Origin: an uncultured Chloroflexia bacterium
GTDB lineage: Bacteria; Chloroflexota; Anaerolineae; CG2-30-64-16
NCBI GenBank assembly: GCA_963783655.1
Contig: CAWAOA010000005.1
Span: forward strand, 95,331-159,330
Direction of reading: 5' to 3'
Length of the DNA stretch: 64,000 nt
Position numbers and translations under genes: made by a program. Positions within the stretch are counted from its first letter, which is position 1; each line of letters starts with the position of its first letter. Below the pieces are notes generated by a model, which was not told where the DNA came from, searched no databases, and saw nothing but the letters and a program-made list of their open reading frames with translations. Below, piece after piece: positions 63,551 to 64,000 of this stretch.

Positions 63551-63772
63551 TGATGTGAATTGGGTGAGCGACGGGCGTCCTTCGAGAACCTCAGGATGGT
63601 TGCGTAATTGTGGGCACCAATGCGAATGGTTCTGTCCGGGGTACCGACAGTCCGCGGCACCCAAGTGCGGGGTTCCGGGACAGAACCATTGCACATCGCT
63701 GGTAATCCCCTGACAACTCCATCCTGAGCGTTCTCGAAGGACGCCCCGTGGCCCGCCCAATTCACATCAGAG
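63551..63772. repeat. MITE-like palindromic element, copy E; the inverted arms extend beyond the 175-bp core (CCTGATGTGAATTGGGTGAGCG ... CGCCCAATTCACATCAGAG)
   Basis: Core GGGCGTCCTTCGAGAACCTCAGGATGG...CCATCCTGAGCGTTCTCGAAGGACGCCCC. Confidence 0.75.
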
Positions 63773-63831
63773 TCAGTCGCGCCGCTCACAACGGCTCGGC
63801 TACCATTGATGCGAGTCGGCTAGCCAGACGA

Positions 63832-64000
63832 GCGTACTTCGTCAGGCTCAGTATGGAGCAGAAAGTTGTGAGGCACCAGAGTAAAAGGTTCCGTCATGGG
63901 GCACCGGCAGGTTGTGGCATACACATGGTGCGGGGTTCCTGTACAGAACCGTTCACGCAGACGGCAACCTCTAACTACTCCATCCTGAGCGTGTCGAAGC
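63832..64000. repeat. MITE-like palindromic element, copy F (runs off the window end)
   Basis: GCGTACTTCGTCAGGCTCAGTATGGAG...CTCCATCCTGAGCGTGTCGAAGC. Confidence 0.7.

Overview
This is a 64-kb window of high-GC (roughly 65-68 % by eye) bacterial chromosomal DNA. The gene content is a mix of housekeeping and accessory functions, and there is an unusually high density of interspersed palindromic repeats.

Genes in order:
- An ilvB-ilvH-ilvC operon on the minus strand, preceded by a Leu/Val/Ile-rich leader ORF and a terminator hairpin (a putative attenuator).
- An EEP-family nuclease/phosphatase, an alpha/beta hydrolase, an MDR quinone oxidoreductase and a three-His-box fatty-acid desaturase.
- A kdpD-kdpE two-component pair sitting next to an APC-family permease instead of kdpABC.
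- A complete Opp/Dpp-type peptide ABC transporter (oppABCDF), an M28 peptidase and an Asp/Glu racemase-family protein.
- A DnaJ-FGE (sulfatase-modifying-factor-like) fusion protein and a YciI-like protein.
- A minus-strand operon of two paralogous multiheme c-type cytochromes (about 8 CXXCH motifs each, plus conserved CXXCK motifs), a 669-aa secreted CarbopepD-like protein carrying a single CXXCH and a C-terminal membrane anchor, and a small secreted CarbopepD-like protein.
- A block of small stress-type proteins (SRPBCC, PhnB/VOC, DinB).
- An intact IS4-family insertion sequence with 16-bp terminal inverted repeats and an 11-bp target-site duplication.
- A nucleotidyltransferase, an M24 peptidase, a saccharopine-dehydrogenase-family protein, an NmrA/DUF2867 protein, a membrane diheme cytochrome c and a GT1 glycosyltransferase.
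- Two large STAND-type regulators: LuxR-NB-ARC-TPR, and adenylate cyclase-AAA-TPR.
- An approximately 6.5-kb run of about 11 small minus-strand ORFs of unknown function, which includes an RHS-core-like remnant and shows peptide-level repeats (possibly a polymorphic-toxin/immunity or other accessory island).
- A coxM-coxS-coxL molybdenum hydroxylase cluster and a GNAT acetyltransferase.

Sequence quality: almost every gene longer than about 1 kb needs one or more frameshifts to reconstruct its conserved protein sequence, and oppF contains an in-frame stop. The sequence therefore either carries many indel errors (an unpolished assembly) or is heavily pseudogenised. All coordinates for multi-ORF genes are approximate reconstructions.

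Repeats: at least 8 copies of a palindromic MITE-like element of about 180 bp, a GGGCGGGTGACCCGCCCC hairpin repeat, a 690-bp perfect-ish palindrome and a 125-bp palindrome.

Not found: no rRNA, confident tRNA or CRISPR array.
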